From: Xylographa opegraphella
Taxonomy: Eukaryota
Reading direction: 5' to 3'
Assembly: GCA_022813865.1 (NCBI GenBank)
Contig: JALDZX010000020.1
Span: 248,001 to 312,000 of the forward strand
DNA length: 64,000 nucleotides
The translations under genes and the position numbers were made by a program. Shown here piece after piece: positions 63,255 through 64,000 of this stretch; position 1 is the first letter of the stretch, and every line of letters begins with the position of its first letter. Under the pieces are notes generated by a model, which saw only the letters and a program-made list of their open reading frames with translations, was not told the DNA's origin and ran no database searches.

Positions 63255-64000
63255 TGTTTCGGATTGATGAGAGAGCTTGAGGAGGGCGAGGATGATGCTG
63301 GGACGAGAGGACAGAACGACATGACGAGCGCACCCTGGCTATTTGTTGCTAGCTAGATGCAGTGCGAGGTGGACGGTGATCTTTTGGCGGTGTGACTTAG
63401 CTGACTGCCGATGGGATCGTGTGCGGTATGGGGATGCTGATGTCCGGCGAATCACAGGCGGTGAGGATGACTAAGCTCTCAACTGTTTTTGGCGAGAACA
63501 CCAGTAGCATTTGCTCGTAAGTACTACGTACATAGGTAGGTGGCGACTTACGAATAATATGGAAGTGTGACGGCTGTTTGCAGGAAGGAAGCCCCGAATC
63601 TGATAAAAAATGCCAGAGTCACTTAACTAGGTACGCAGTGGACAGCCTTTTCATCTCATCGACGTTGATGGCTACTTCCTCAACACAATTTTAGCACTTT
63701 TGCCACCCGGCGTGGAACGATTGTAAGTCGCGATGGGGCTTCAAGTGCTGCCGTCTATCGTGAACAGTTTTTTCCTAATACTATCTGCTCTTGTTGTTTC
63801 GTGCGAGATTATCTGGTTTGTTCAAGCTCCTTATCTTGTAGAGCTTCATCTATTTAATCTACATAAAGCTATTCTACCTAGTCCATTCCATTATCAACTT
63901 ATAACATGCAGCCGACGCTGTCCATTTTCAAGAAATTCCCCCCGGAACTCCTAGTGCTTATTATTGACCAGACCAGTGACTTGAGCACTCTTGACAGCTG

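Overview
Eukaryotic DNA from a filamentous ascomycete (Pezizomycotina-type genes with short GT-AG introns and CTRAC branch sites). Housekeeping genes occupy about 0-31 kb: the divergent gaaA/gaaC D-galacturonate pair with a GARE motif, a PMC1-type Ca2+ ATPase, RPS7, dynactin p62, NDUFAF5, ARPC5, Rab5/Vps21, SCS3/FIT and a cytochrome P450. The standout feature is a 10.3-kb Tc1/mariner (DD34E, Ant1-like) DNA transposon at 31445-41767. It has imperfect terminal inverted repeats of about 160-170 bp (CAGTGG...CCACTG), is flanked by TA on both sides, and splits an old LTR in two. It carries cargo: an apparently intact NACHT-ankyrin NLR-like immune receptor, a decayed SET-like gene and a decayed Cys/His-motif ORF, plus a dead transposase. 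A clean solo LTR (TGTTA..TAACA, CAGAC target duplication) of the same LTR family sits next to it. A second candidate is a 22-codon micro-ORF with TATA box and strong start context at 20736, downstream of a roughly 6-kb stretch with no convincing gene. The right part holds a SLIP-GC/dynamin-like GTPase with a frame break, plus C2H2, NuSAP-like, MAPEG, LIM-like and F-box-like genes. All family calls come from recognising motifs by eye; no searches were run.
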